From an uncultured Clostridium sp. (GTDB lineage Bacteria; Bacillota; Clostridia; Peptostreptococcales; Peptostreptococcaceae), in assembly GCA_964449895.1 (NCBI GenBank), contig CAYVBY010000002.1, positions 41,119-105,118 of the forward strand: a stretch of 64,000 nucleotides of DNA, given 5' to 3'. The notes beneath the pieces are model-generated. The model made no database searches. It was given only the letters and a program-made list of their open reading frames with translations, and was not told where the DNA came from. The stretch's first letter is position 1; each line of letters starts with the position of its first letter. This document shows positions 9,490-19,486 of this stretch, in pieces. A program made the translations under genes and the position numbers.

Positions 9490-10782
9490 TTAATTAGATT
9501 CCATTGGAATAGTAATTATGAAATTGCTTCCAATTCCTAATATACTATTAACAGTTATATTTCCACCTAAAGATTTTACCATATGTTTAGTTATTGCAAG
9601 TCCAAGACCCGTTCCTCCAATATCTCTACTTCTAGCTTTATCAACTCGATAAAATCTTTCAAATATTCTATTTAAGTCTTCTTTAGATATTCCCATTCCT
9701 GTATCTTTAAATTCCATTACTATATTTTTTTTGTCATAATATTGACATACTTCTATTTTTCCATCTTCAGGAGTGTATTTAATCGCATTATCAATTAAGT
9801 TTAAGAAAATTTGTTTTACATTGTCTCTACAGCCTTGAATATATGCTTCTTTATCTTCAAAATTATAAGTTATTTTGATATTTTTAGATGTTGCCATATA
9901 ATCTGTAATTTCGTATACTTCTTTAAATACATCAAATAACTTTACATTTTCATAAGACAATTCCTGCCCATTTTCAATTGAAGAAAGCACAAGTATATCT
10001 TCAATTAATCCTTTTAGTCTATTTGCTTCTTTTTCTATTATATCTAAAAAATGATTTCTAGTATTTTTATCTATATCATCATTTATTTTTAATGTTTCAA
10101 CAAATCCTGTAATTGAAGTCAAAGGCGTTTTTAATTCATGGCTTACATTTGCCACAAAATCTCGTCTCATATTTTCAACTTTAGCTCCCTCTGTTATATC
10201 CTCAATATTTATAATAGATCCTATCTTTGAATGTTTTGAATCCTGCAAATATACAGGGTCTATTTTTATTCTATATACTACATGATTTAATTCTAAATCT
10301 ATTATTTCATTTTGTGTGCTCCCAACATATTTTTGAAGTATTTCTAATATTTCTTTATCTTTTATTGCAATTTTAAAGCTTAAACCTTCTAAGTTAGATT
10401 TTTCATCGACTTTTAAAATTTCTTTAGCTATATCATTTATAAGCATAATTTTACCCTTACCATCAATAGCCAAAATCCCATGAGACACACTTTTTACGAT
10501 GGAAGTCAATTGTAATTGTTTATATTTTGCTTCTTCAATAGTACTGTCCATTATATGTATCATATAGTTAAAGTTTTTTGATAGCTCTCCGAAATCACCT
10601 TTAACATATGTGTTTAATCTAGCATTAAATTCTTTATTGCTCACTTTTTTAGAGACCATTGTAAATTCCTTTAAATATCTTCTCAAAGTAACTGTATATC
10701 TTACAAGTAAAATAGCCAGTGCCATTGTAACGAGCATAATAAAAAAATATATTCCATTTGACTGTTGTAAACTTGCATCCAT
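9490..10782 (-). CDS. PhoR-like sensor histidine kinase (single TM, HAMP, PAS, HisKA, HATPase)
   Basis: DFVANVSHELKTPLT H-box, NLIDNAIKY, RARSRDIGGTGLGLAI. Start placed at ATG 10782 (RBS GAGG); the ORF track uses TTG 10839. Confidence 0.85.
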   Translation of the reverse strand: MDASLQQSNGIYFFIMLVTMALAILLVRYTVTLRRYLKEFTMVSKKVSNKEFNARLNTYVKGDFGELSKNFNYMIHIMDSTIEEAKYKQLQLTSIVKSVSHGILAIDGKGKIMLINDIAKEILKVDEKSNLEGLSFKIAIKDKEILEILQKYVGSTQNEIIDLELNHVVYRIKIDPVYLQDSKHSKIGSIINIEDITEGAKVENMRRDFVANVSHELKTPLTSITGFVETLKINDDIDKNTRNHFLDIIEKEANRLKGLIEDILVLSSIENGQELSYENVKLFDVFKEVYEITDYMATSKNIKITYNFEDKEAYIQGCRDNVKQIFLNLIDNAIKYTPEDGKIEVCQYYDKKNIVMEFKDTGMGISKEDLNRIFERFYRVDKARSRDIGGTGLGLAITKHMVKSLGGNITVNSILGIGSNFIITIPMESN

Positions 10783-10847
10783 AAATATTACCTCAATTTT
10801 TAAGTAGTTTTGTATATATTTTTCTCCATTCAATCCCAAATATACAT

Positions 10848-11531
10848 TTAATTAATTTTATATCCTATACCTCTAATTGTTTCTATATATTTTTCTCCAT
10901 CATTTTCAATTTTCTTTCTTAAATATCTGACATGAACATCAACTGTTCTTGTTTCACCAAAGTATTCATATCCCCAAACCTTATCTAATAAGAAATTTCT
11001 AGATAGCACTTTTCCTTTATTTTGAAGTAGTAATTTAAGTAAATCAAATTCTTTTATTGTAAGATCTATCTTTTGATCTTTTTTAGTAACTTCGTGTTTT
11101 ATTAAATCCATTTTTATATCTTTTACACTCAAAATTTCTTCAACTTTATTGACAGTTAAATTATATCTTCTAAGAACAGAATTTATTCTAGCTAATAATT
11201 CTTTTACCCCAAAAGGTTTTGTTATATAATCATCAGCCCCTTCATCTAGACCTCTAACTTTATCTCTTTCCATATTTTTAGCTGTAAGCATTATAATAGG
11301 TGTATCCTTCAATTCTTCATCATTTCTTATTTTTTTTAGTACATCCATACCACTTATATTAGGTAGCATCCAGTCTAAAAGAATTAAATTAGGTTTAAAT
11401 TCTTTAGCTTTGTGATAAGCTTCAAATCCATCTTGAGAATAATCAACATTATATCCATTAACCTCCAAATTAAACTTTAAAAGCTCTACAATATGCATTT
11501 CATCATCTACAACTAATATTCTATCGTCCAT
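10848..11531 (-). CDS. PhoP/OmpR family response regulator
   Basis: ILVVDDE, LLDWMLP, GADDYITKPF, TRTVDVHVRYLRKK; start at 11531 (RBS GGGGTGA). Confidence 0.9.
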   Translation of the reverse strand: MDDRILVVDDEMHIVELLKFNLEVNGYNVDYSQDGFEAYHKAKEFKPNLILLDWMLPNISGMDVLKKIRNDEELKDTPIIMLTAKNMERDKVRGLDEGADDYITKPFGVKELLARINSVLRRYNLTVNKVEEILSVKDIKMDLIKHEVTKKDQKIDLTIKEFDLLKLLLQNKGKVLSRNFLLDKVWGYEYFGETRTVDVHVRYLRKKIENDGEKYIETIRGIGYKIN

Positions 11532-11544
11532 AATCAATCACCCC

Positions 11545-12267
11545 TTATTTTATTTCAATGAAGGTTCCTATTCTTTTTTGTGTTTTATTATATTTTCTAT
11601 ATGAATAAAAAGTTTCACACTTACAACTTGTACAAATATCCATATTTAATATATTCGACTCTAACACTCCAAACTCTTCCAACATTTGTATATTAATTTT
11701 CCATAAATCTAAATAATATTTTTCATCCCTAATTTTATATATTTCATCATTTGCATTTTGTAAAATTTTTTTAAATTTATCTATTAAATCATAAGAAACC
11801 TCATAACAACAACTTCCTATCGACGGACCTATTATAGCAATTATATCTTTAGATTTTGTATTGTAATTTTGTTGCATTTTTTTTATAGTTTCTTGACAAA
11901 TTTTACCGTAAGTTCCTCTCCATCCTGCATGAACAACACCAATAGCTTTATTTACTATATCTACTAAAATAATTGGTACACAATCGGCTGTTAAAATTAA
12001 AAGAGGTACATTTTTTTCATTAGTTATAAGAGCATCTCCATCTATTATACTTCCTATATTATTTTTGTCTATTACATTTACTATATTAGAATGTATTTGT
12101 TTATTTTTGGTTAAATTTTTTAAATTAAATATATTTTTAAAGGTATTTTGTATGTCATCTAAATTTTTTGCATCTATATTATTTTTTGTTATAGCAATCT
12201 TTACAAATTCTAATTCTTTTTTATTTATTGTCAAATAATCTCCTCTGTCTACTATAAAATTAGCCAT
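11545..12267 (-). CDS. pgeF: PgeF/YlmD purine nucleoside phosphorylase-like peptidoglycan editing factor
   Basis: QIHS, DGDALIT, TADCVPI, HAGWRGT, IGPSIGSCCYEV, YSYR. Confidence 0.9.
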   Translation of the reverse strand: MANFIVDRGDYLTINKKELEFVKIAITKNNIDAKNLDDIQNTFKNIFNLKNLTKNKQIHSNIVNVIDKNNIGSIIDGDALITNEKNVPLLILTADCVPIILVDIVNKAIGVVHAGWRGTYGKICQETIKKMQQNYNTKSKDIIAIIGPSIGSCCYEVSYDLIDKFKKILQNANDEIYKIRDEKYYLDLWKINIQMLEEFGVLESNILNMDICTSCKCETFYSYRKYNKTQKRIGTFIEIK

Positions 12268-12268
12268 A

Positions 12269-12727
12269 CTAATCTCCTTTTTCCACTAAAATATTTTTTA
12301 GCTCACTCATAAAAGTATTTATATCTTTAAATTGTCTATAAACAGAAGCAAATCGAACATAAGATACTTCATCTATGTCTTTTAATCTATCCATTACCAT
12401 TTCACCAACTTGAGTAGAATCTATTTCTGTTATATAGTATTTATTAATTTCATTTTCTACATAAGAAACTATACTCTCTATTTGCTCCATTGAAACAGGT
12501 CTTTTTTCACAAGACTTAATTATTCCTCTTTTTATTTTTTCCCTATCAAATAGTTCCCTACTATTATCCTTTTTTATAACCATTACAGGTGTCATTTCAA
12601 TAATTTCATATGTTGTAAATCTCTTTTTACAAGCTTCACATTCTCTTCTTCTTCTAATAGATTTACTATCTATATGTCTAGAATCTACTACTTTAGATTC
12701 TTTGTAGTTACAATATGGACATTGCAT
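12269..12727 (-). CDS. nrdR: Transcriptional repressor NrdR
   Basis: CPYC...[19 protein letters not shown] cone, [13 protein letters not shown]. Confidence 0.96.
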   Translation of the reverse strand: MQCPYCNYKESKVVDSRHIDSKSIRRRRECEACKKRFTTYEIIEMTPVMVIKKDNSRELFDREKIKRGIIKSCEKRPVSMEQIESIVSYVENEINKYYITEIDSTQVGEMVMDRLKDIDEVSYVRFASVYRQFKDINTFMSELKNILVEKGD

Positions 12728-12762
12728 GTTCTTCCTCCTTAGTTAAAATTTAAATCTTATAA

Positions 12763-13020
12763 TTAGATATTTTCTTCAAAATTCAAATTTGAACCTATGT
12801 TTACAATAATAGTATCACAACCTATTCTCAAAATGTCCTTCCAAAATACAGTATCAATTTCACTTCCTTTTGAAAAAAACCCTCTTCCATCTCCTATTAT
12901 TGAAAAAGACTTAATTGTTCCATTTTCGATGTCTAAATCTATATCTGTTATAAAACCCAATTTTTTCCCATTTTTTACATTTATAATTTCCTTTTCCATA
13001 ATATCTGATATTCTCATCAT
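12763..13020 (-). CDS. YlmC/YmxH family PRC-barrel sporulation protein
   Basis: 85 aa, KEIINVKNGKKLG, WKDILRIGCDTIIV; directly after sigG. Confidence 0.85.
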   Translation of the reverse strand: MMRISDIMEKEIINVKNGKKLGFITDIDLDIENGTIKSFSIIGDGRGFFSKGSEIDTVFWKDILRIGCDTIIVNIGSNLNFEENI

Positions 13021-13280
13021 AGTAAATCCCTCCTCAAGATAATTTTATTATCTATCTTTTGAAAAAATTCACTTTATAGTTTAGAAGGAAATCTTTCTTT
13101 TAAAAATTTCTAATTTATATTTATTTAAAATCTATACATCAAAATTATATTTATTCATAATTTCAAAATCAATATAATTTTATACGTATTTAAAAAATAA
13201 ATATATGTTAAATTTATTTATAATTATAGTTTATATAATATCTTTATATTTTATTTTACACATTATTTAAAAATAATCAA

Positions 13281-13317
13281 ATTTTTAAATGAATATAATT
13301 TCCTACGTGTTATAAAA
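13281..13317. repeat. Dispersed 37-nt intergenic repeat, copy 1
   Basis: atttttaaatgaatataatttcctacgtgttataaaa; 35/37 identical to 44659-44695 and 33/37 to 57702-57738. Confidence 0.8.
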
Positions 13318-13318
13318 T

Positions 13319-13361
13319 AAAACTGTCTTAAAAATTACTTAATAACTTTTAAGACAGTTTT
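13319..13361 (-). terminator. Rho-independent terminator after sigG
   Basis: Perfect 15-bp arms aaaactgtcttaaaa / ttttaagacagtttt. Confidence 0.8.
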
Positions 13362-13376
13362 GGGGGATAATTATTT

Positions 13377-14150
13377 TTAAATATATTTTCTCATATTTTT
13401 CAAAGCATTTTTTTCAATTCTAGACACTTGAGCTTGTGAAATACCTATTTCTTCTGCAACTTCTATTTGAGTTCTACCTTTGTAAAATCTCAAATCAAGT
13501 ACTAATTTTTCCCTCGAATTTAGTTTTTTTATAGCTTCTTTTAATGCAATTTCTTCTAACCAATTTTCATCTGTATCTTTTTTATCTTGAACCTGATCCA
13601 TTACAAATATTGCATCTCCATTATCTTGATATACTGGATCAAATAAAGATATTGGATCTTGTATTGCATCTAATGCCATTACAACTACTTCTACCTCCAT
13701 GTCTAGTTCTTTGGCAATTTCAGAAACAGTAGGTTCTTTAGAATTAGTTCTTATTAATCGTTCTCTAACTTGTAAAGCCTTATAGGCAGTATCTTTTAAA
13801 GAACGAGAAACTCTAATTGGATTATTATCTCTAAGATATCTTCTTATCTCTCCTATAATCATAGGAACTGCATAAGTAGAAAATCTTACATTTTGGCTCA
13901 AATCAAAATTATCAATAGCTTTTATAAGTCCAACACAGCCTATTTGAAATAAATCATCCACATTTTCGCCTCTATTATTGAATTTTTGTATTACGCTTAA
14001 AACTAATCTTAAATTGCCCTTTACAAATTGTTGCCTTGCTTCTTCATCTCCTTCTTTTATTTTAATAAGTAAATCTTTCATTTGATTAGCCTTAAGTACT
14101 GGAAGCTCTGATGTATTTACACCACAAATTTCAACCTTATTTATAATCAT
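13377..14150 (-). CDS. sigG: Forespore sigma factor G
   Basis: NKVEICGVNTSELP, GNLRLVLSVIQKF, AYKALQVRE, QAQVSRIEK. Confidence 0.97.
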   Translation of the reverse strand: MIINKVEICGVNTSELPVLKANQMKDLLIKIKEGDEEARQQFVKGNLRLVLSVIQKFNNRGENVDDLFQIGCVGLIKAIDNFDLSQNVRFSTYAVPMIIGEIRRYLRDNNPIRVSRSLKDTAYKALQVRERLIRTNSKEPTVSEIAKELDMEVEVVVMALDAIQDPISLFDPVYQDNGDAIFVMDQVQDKKDTDENWLEEIALKEAIKKLNSREKLVLDLRFYKGRTQIEVAEEIGISQAQVSRIEKNALKNMRKYI

Positions 14151-14187
14151 AAATTTCAGTCTCCTCTTAAAAGATTCTATATGTGAA

Positions 14188-14215
14188 ATTATTTACACAT
14201 CATATATTTTTATAC
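14188..14215 (-). promoter_or_regulatory. Putative SigF/SigG promoter of sigG
   Basis: GTATA-14 nt-GTAAATAAT in the sigE-sigG gap. Confidence 0.5.
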
Positions 14216-14238
14216 TTTTAATGAGAAGTTATTTATTT

Positions 14239-14973
14239 TTAGACAAATTTTTTCATTTCCTTTTTTAACCTAGAAATTATCTTTTTCTCCAATCTAGAAA
14301 TGTATGATTGAGATATTCCAAGGATGTTAGCTACTTCCTTTTGAGTTTTTTCCTTTCCCTTAGCAGTAAGTCCAAATCTTAATTCCATAATTTGCTTTTC
14401 TCTGTCTGATAATTTATCAAGAGCCATAAACAATAAATTTTTATCTATTTCTTCTTCTATAATTTTATAAATTTCATCATTATCCGTTCCAAGTACATCT
14501 GAAAGCAAAAGTTCATTTCCGTCTAAATCTACATTTAAGGGTTCTTCAAAAGATACTTCTGATTTTTTCTTATTATTTTTTCTAAGGCACATCAATATTT
14601 CATTTTCTATACATCTAGAAGCATATGTTGCTAATTTTATATTTCTATTTAAATTAAATGTATTTACAGCTTTTATAAGTCCTATTGTTCCTATAGATAT
14701 TAAATCCTCCATATCTATCCCTGTATTTTCAAATTTTCTAGATATATAAACTACTAATCTAAGATTTCTCTCTATTAAAACTGTTTTTATTGTTTCATCA
14801 TATTCAAGCTTTTCTAATAATTCTTTTTCTTCTTTAGATGTAAGTGGTGGAGGTAGTACATTTACACCACCCATATAATAAATACTATTTGGTTTAATTA
14901 AGTTTAGTTTATTTGCTATTTCAACAAATCTCATAAATAATCTTCTTTTTAAATCCTCTAATAGTAATATCAA
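14239..14973 (-). CDS. sigE: Mother-cell pro-sigma factor E
   Basis: Pro-sequence then [36 protein letters not shown]. Confidence 0.96.
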   Translation of the reverse strand: MILLLEDLKRRLFMRFVEIANKLNLIKPNSIYYMGGVNVLPPPLTSKEEKELLEKLEYDETIKTVLIERNLRLVVYISRKFENTGIDMEDLISIGTIGLIKAVNTFNLNRNIKLATYASRCIENEILMCLRKNNKKKSEVSFEEPLNVDLDGNELLLSDVLGTDNDEIYKIIEEEIDKNLLFMALDKLSDREKQIMELRFGLTAKGKEKTQKEVANILGISQSYISRLEKKIISRLKKEMKKFV

Positions 14974-14989
14974 TTAAAAATCCTCCTTT

Positions 14990-15817
14990 TTAACATAATA
15001 TCCTTGGATTTAAAATAGCACTGTAATCCTTATCATTGAAATTAGATATTCCAAGGATAACATTCCCAATTTTTTTGTCATCCACCCTTATATAATCTGC
15101 TTTTATTCCAAGTATCATCCCTGGATTGTTATCTCCAACATGTTTATATGGTATTAATCTGACTCGAGATGAAATTTTTGGATTTAAATTTTCAGTTATA
15201 TATTGAATGTCTAACATATCCATTTTTTCAAAATTACAATCTTTAGGTAAAAAATTTTCCAAAAGCTTGGCTTTAATTATTACAACATCATTTTTACTAA
15301 TGGGATCTTGTAGAAAATTACCACTATCTAATAAAGCAGTACATTCTATACTATCATCTAGTATTCCTATACTTATATCCTTAGTAGTATCTTCAAGTCC
15401 CTTTAATAATTTAAAATCGTTTACTATTTTCTTTAATAATTTACAACTTATATAAGTACAAATTATTAAAAAAGATACAGTTATATGATCAATTCCTGTG
15501 AAATAAATAATAAAATAAGTGCTTCCTGATATGAATATATTTACTAGGTAAAAATTTAAGAGTATTTTTAGAAATTCTTTTTTAGTATTTAGGTTGAAAG
15601 ATATTAGAACTATTAAAATTATAAATAAGAATTTAAATGGTAATGTGAAAAAAATTTCCATATCTTCATAAATATATATTACGCTGTACATAGTCCCTAC
15701 TATTGCCCCAATTAATTGTCTATATTTTTTGGTGTAAACTTTCGTAATAGCAGTAGTACAGCTTATAATAATATAGTTAATTAGTAAGTTTTCAAAAATA
15801 TAACAATCTAAATACAA
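14990..15817 (-). CDS. spoIIGA: Pro-sigma-E processing aspartyl protease
   Basis: Five N-terminal TMs, LLDSGNFLQDP catalytic motif, RLIPYK; upstream of sigE. Confidence 0.92.
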   Translation of the reverse strand: MYLDCYIFENLLINYIIISCTTAITKVYTKKYRQLIGAIVGTMYSVIYIYEDMEIFFTLPFKFLFIILIVLISFNLNTKKEFLKILLNFYLVNIFISGSTYFIIYFTGIDHITVSFLIICTYISCKLLKKIVNDFKLLKGLEDTTKDISIGILDDSIECTALLDSGNFLQDPISKNDVVIIKAKLLENFLPKDCNFEKMDMLDIQYITENLNPKISSRVRLIPYKHVGDNNPGMILGIKADYIRVDDKKIGNVILGISNFNDKDYSAILNPRILC

Positions 15818-15870
15818 TAGATCATCTCCTTTTCTTACTATACATTAATGAAAATTTTTCTATTAAATAT

Positions 15871-15917
15871 ATTATAGACTACCTGACTTAAATATTTTGT
15901 CAATTTAAAGAGTCGAA
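15871..15917 (-). promoter_or_regulatory. Spo0A-dependent spoIIG-type promoter
   Basis: TTGACA (15898-15903) and TATAAT (15871-15876) with a 21-nt spacer; 0A-like boxes AGTCGAA (15911-15917) and TGTCAAT (15898-15904) on the plus strand. Confidence 0.65.
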
Positions 15918-15944
15918 TTTCAAATAATTTTTCCAAAAAAACAC

Positions 15945-15976
15945 AAAAAACTTTCGTTAATCACGAAAGTTTTTTT
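15945..15976 (-). terminator. Terminator after ftsZ
   Basis: aaaaaactttcgt / acgaaagtttttt inverted repeat. Confidence 0.75.
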
Positions 15977-15986
15977 GTATTGTAAA

Positions 15987-17153
15987 TTATTTTCTGTTTC
16001 TTAAAAAAATTGGTATTACTAAATCCTCGTCATCTACTCTATCATTATTAACAGTTGGAGTAGGTTTTAAAGGTTCAACTTTTATTTCTTCTTTTACTTG
16101 AACTTTTGGTTCAATATTTTGAGTTTGTTTATATTCTACTTGACTAGGTGGTATTTCAGTTTTTTTAATTGGTGTAGGTTCTATATATCCTCCTTGTGGA
16201 GCTTGTTCAAAACCTGTTGCTATTACAGTTATCATTATTTCTTCTTCTAAATCATCTCTAATAGATGCCCCAAATATTATGTTTGCTTCTGGGTCACATG
16301 ATTCAGTTATTAATTTAGAAGCCGCATCTACTTCAAATAGTGATAAACTTGGACCACCAGTTACATTAAGTAGTACTCCTGTTGCTCCTCTTATAGATGT
16401 TTCAAGAAGTGGTGATTGTATAGCTTCTTTAGCTGCTTCTATAGCTCTATTTTCTCCACTTGCATTACCTATACCCATATGAGCTAAGCCTCTTTCTTTC
16501 ATTATAGATGTAACATCGGCAAAGTCTAAGTTTATAAGTCCAGGTACTTTTATTAAGTCAGATATAGATTGTATACCTTGTTTTAATACATTATCAGCTA
16601 TAGAGAATGCATCTCTTATAGATGTATTTTTTTGAACGACTTGAAGTAATCTATCATTTGGTATTGTTATTAATGTATCTACATTTGCTTTTAAAGCTTC
16701 AATACCTGCATCTGCATTTTTCATTCTTACTTTACCTTCAAATCCAAAAGGTTTTGTTACAACACCTACTGTTAGTATTCCCTTTTGTTTTGCAAGTTGA
16801 GCTACTACTGGAGCTGCTCCAGTACCTGTTCCACCACCCATACCTGCAGTAACAAATACCATGTCAGTATCTTCTAATAATTCTTCTATTTGTTCTTTAC
16901 TTTCTTCAGCAGCTTTTCTTCCTACTTCTGGTTCAGCACCGGCACCTAACCCTCTAGTAAGTTTTTCGCCTATTTGAACTTGATGTTCTGCTTTTGAAGA
17001 TGTTAAGGCTTGTCTATCAGTATTAATAGCAATAAAATCAATTCCTTTGATTTGTTCATCGATCATTCTATTAACTGCATTATTTCCGCCACCACCAACG
17101 CCAAAAACTTTTATTTTAGCATTGTTATCAGTTTCTAAATCAAAACTAATCAT
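15987..17153 (-). CDS. ftsZ: Cell division protein FtsZ
   Basis: [22 protein letters not shown] tubulin signature, C-terminal IPIFLRNRK. Confidence 0.98.
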   Translation of the reverse strand: MISFDLETDNNAKIKVFGVGGGGNNAVNRMIDEQIKGIDFIAINTDRQALTSSKAEHQVQIGEKLTRGLGAGAEPEVGRKAAEESKEQIEELLEDTDMVFVTAGMGGGTGTGAAPVVAQLAKQKGILTVGVVTKPFGFEGKVRMKNADAGIEALKANVDTLITIPNDRLLQVVQKNTSIRDAFSIADNVLKQGIQSISDLIKVPGLINLDFADVTSIMKERGLAHMGIGNASGENRAIEAAKEAIQSPLLETSIRGATGVLLNVTGGPSLSLFEVDAASKLITESCDPEANIIFGASIRDDLEEEIMITVIATGFEQAPQGGYIEPTPIKKTEIPPSQVEYKQTQNIEPKVQVKEEIKVEPLKPTPTVNNDRVDDEDLVIPIFLRNRK

Positions 17154-17404
17154 AGTTGTAAACCTCCCTCTGTTTAATTTACTAATATTCTTATATTTTA
17201 ATTATATCATTATAGTATGAAATATTTAATCTATATTTCTACAAAAGTTTATTTTATTGTTTTCTCGTCAAATAAACTTTAATTTTAACAATATTTTTTT
17301 AAGAAGAAACCAATTTTAAATATAACATCTATATTATATCATTTATTTTATTTTATTTGTAATTTTTTTATCTATATTTAGTATTTTATTTTAATAAAAT
17401 AAAC

Positions 17405-18142
17405 TTAATATGTATACAATATATATTTATCAAAAGTCATATCTACTTTTCCATAATGTATATTTTGACTTTCTAAATCTAATAAAACTTTTGCCAATTT
17501 TTCTGCATTTTTTTCTGTGTTTTTATTTCTTAAAATAACTGTTTCTATTTGTCCTTTAGTTTTCATATAAATATAATTTTCTTTGCAAAAGTTTATTTGA
17601 TGCATTTTTTTATCTAAATTTTGATTTTTCATATTATTTATAAGTAATATTAAATCTTCTTTATCTTTTTTTCTTTCATAATATATTTTTTCATTTTTAA
17701 TAGAAAATTTGATTTTAACTATCAAATCTTCTTTTTTAATATTTTCTTCTTTTATTTTATCTATATATTCTAAATTATTGTCAACATAACAATAATCATC
17801 TCCATTATTTAATACACAAAATATATCTTTTTCTTCAATTTTTATTTCTAAGGATTTTGGAAAAGATCTCTTTACAGATACTTTAGAAATATATGGACTC
17901 TTTTTGATATTTAACTCTATTTGTTTTATATCATAAGTAAATATATTTTTACCCAATACTATTTCAGACAAGTCTTTTATATAGGATTTATTTAGATTTT
18001 TGTTATTTATTATTTTTATATTATTTACAGAGAAAAAATCACTTTTTATAAATATCATTGCTCCAAAACAAACCATAAAAATAAATAGATATAAAGTAAC
18101 CAATCTACCTATTCTTATTTTTCTTTTAACCTTTTTTTTCAT
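17405..18142 (-). CDS. ftsQ: FtsQ/DivIB-like protein
   Basis: Basic N-terminus, one TM, POTRA-like segment (KVSVKRSFPKSLEIKIEE). Start corrected to ATG 18142 (RBS AGGAG). Confidence 0.8.
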   Translation of the reverse strand: MKKKVKRKIRIGRLVTLYLFIFMVCFGAMIFIKSDFFSVNNIKIINNKNLNKSYIKDLSEIVLGKNIFTYDIKQIELNIKKSPYISKVSVKRSFPKSLEIKIEEKDIFCVLNNGDDYCYVDNNLEYIDKIKEENIKKEDLIVKIKFSIKNEKIYYERKKDKEDLILLINNMKNQNLDKKMHQINFCKENYIYMKTKGQIETVILRNKNTEKNAEKLAKVLLDLESQNIHYGKVDMTFDKYILYTY

Positions 18143-18353
18143 AGAATCACTCCTGAAATTTAAATCGTTAATTTTAAATACTACATAGATGTCCTCATTT
18201 CCTACATTCAATTTTAATTTTTTTAAGCAATTTATTTCTAATTTGATGATTTTCCTTGTTATTTCGATAAAGTATGCTAAAAAAATAGCTCTAAGCATTT
18301 TTTTACTTAGAGCCACTATAATTTTTTATTATTAAGTTACTATATTTAAAAAT

Positions 18354-19472
18354 TTATTTTTTATTTAAATATTCATTATATGATTTCATAATTTCATCAT
18401 ATATTAAATCTATAGCTTCTGGTTTTCCAATTTTTTTAGAAGCATTTGCCATATCTATTAATAATTCTTTATTTCCAAGTAATTTAAATACAGCTTCATT
18501 TAAAGATTCTGGTGTTAAATCTTTTTCTAAAATTGCTATTCCAGCTCCTTTAGCTTCTATACTTTTCGCATTATACTCTTGATGATTCTCAGCTGTATAA
18601 GCCTTTGGAATTATTATTGAAGGTTTTCCAAGAGCAGTTATTTCTACTAGAGATGTAGCTCCAGCACTTCCTATTACTATATCACTTGCTGCAAGACCAT
18701 CAGCCATATTTTCTAAATAAGGCATCACCTTTTGGTATGGTTTAAGTTCTAAATCTTTTATACTTTCCATAAACTCTTCGTAATAAGCTTTACCTGTTGC
18801 AAATATAAATGCAACATCTTCTTTTACCATATTTTTTATTACAAGTTTCATAGCATTATTTATTTTTTTTGAACCACCACTACCTCCGTAGCATAGTACC
18901 ATTTTTTTATCTTCACTAATTCCTAAATTTTTTCTAGATATAAATTTTCTAGCTTGTAAAATTTCTTTTCTAACAGGATTTCCTGTAAGAACTAGTTTAT
19001 CTTGGCTTTTTTCAGGGAATCTCTTATGAGAATCTTCAAAGCTTGTAAGTACTTTTGTTGCTACTTTTGAAAGTATCTTGTTTGTAACTCCAGGAAAAGA
19101 GTTTTGTTCATGAACTATTGTTACTTTTTTGCTCATTGCAGCATTAAATAACACTGGACCACTTACATATCCTCCTGTTCCTATAACTATATCTGGTTTA
19201 AATTTTTTTACTATTCTTCTTGATTGTTCTAAACCTTTACATAATTTAAGTATTCTTTTTACATTATCAAAATCTATTTTTCTTTTAAATCCTTGAACTG
19301 TTACTGTTTTTAACTCAAAACCTGCCTTTGGAACTATTTCTGATTCAATACCTTTTTCAGTTCCAACAAATAAAATTTCACAATCAGGATTATTCTCTTT
19401 TATTTTATTTGCTATGGCTATAGCTGGATATACATGTCCTCCAGTTCCTCCGCCCGCTAATAATACCTTCAC
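18354..19472 (-). CDS. murG: UDP-GlcNAc:lipid I GlcNAc transferase
   Basis: GGGTGGHVYP, GTGGYVSGP, HEQN, GNPVR, GGSGG. Confidence 0.96.
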   Translation of the reverse strand: MKVLLAGGGTGGHVYPAIAIANKIKENNPDCEILFVGTEKGIESEIVPKAGFELKTVTVQGFKRKIDFDNVKRILKLCKGLEQSRRIVKKFKPDIVIGTGGYVSGPVLFNAAMSKKVTIVHEQNSFPGVTNKILSKVATKVLTSFEDSHKRFPEKSQDKLVLTGNPVRKEILQARKFISRKNLGISEDKKMVLCYGGSGGSKKINNAMKLVIKNMVKEDVAFIFATGKAYYEEFMESIKDLELKPYQKVMPYLENMADGLAASDIVIGSAGATSLVEITALGKPSIIIPKAYTAENHQEYNAKSIEAKGAGIAILEKDLTPESLNEAVFKLLGNKELLIDMANASKKIGKPEAIDLIYDEIMKSYNEYLNKK

Positions 19473-19486
19473 TTTATCATCTCCTG

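Noticed and set aside
18143-18316. 58-codon N-terminal extension of ftsQ
   Set aside because: No RBS at 18316, whereas AGGAG precedes ATG 18142 and gives a typical FtsQ length
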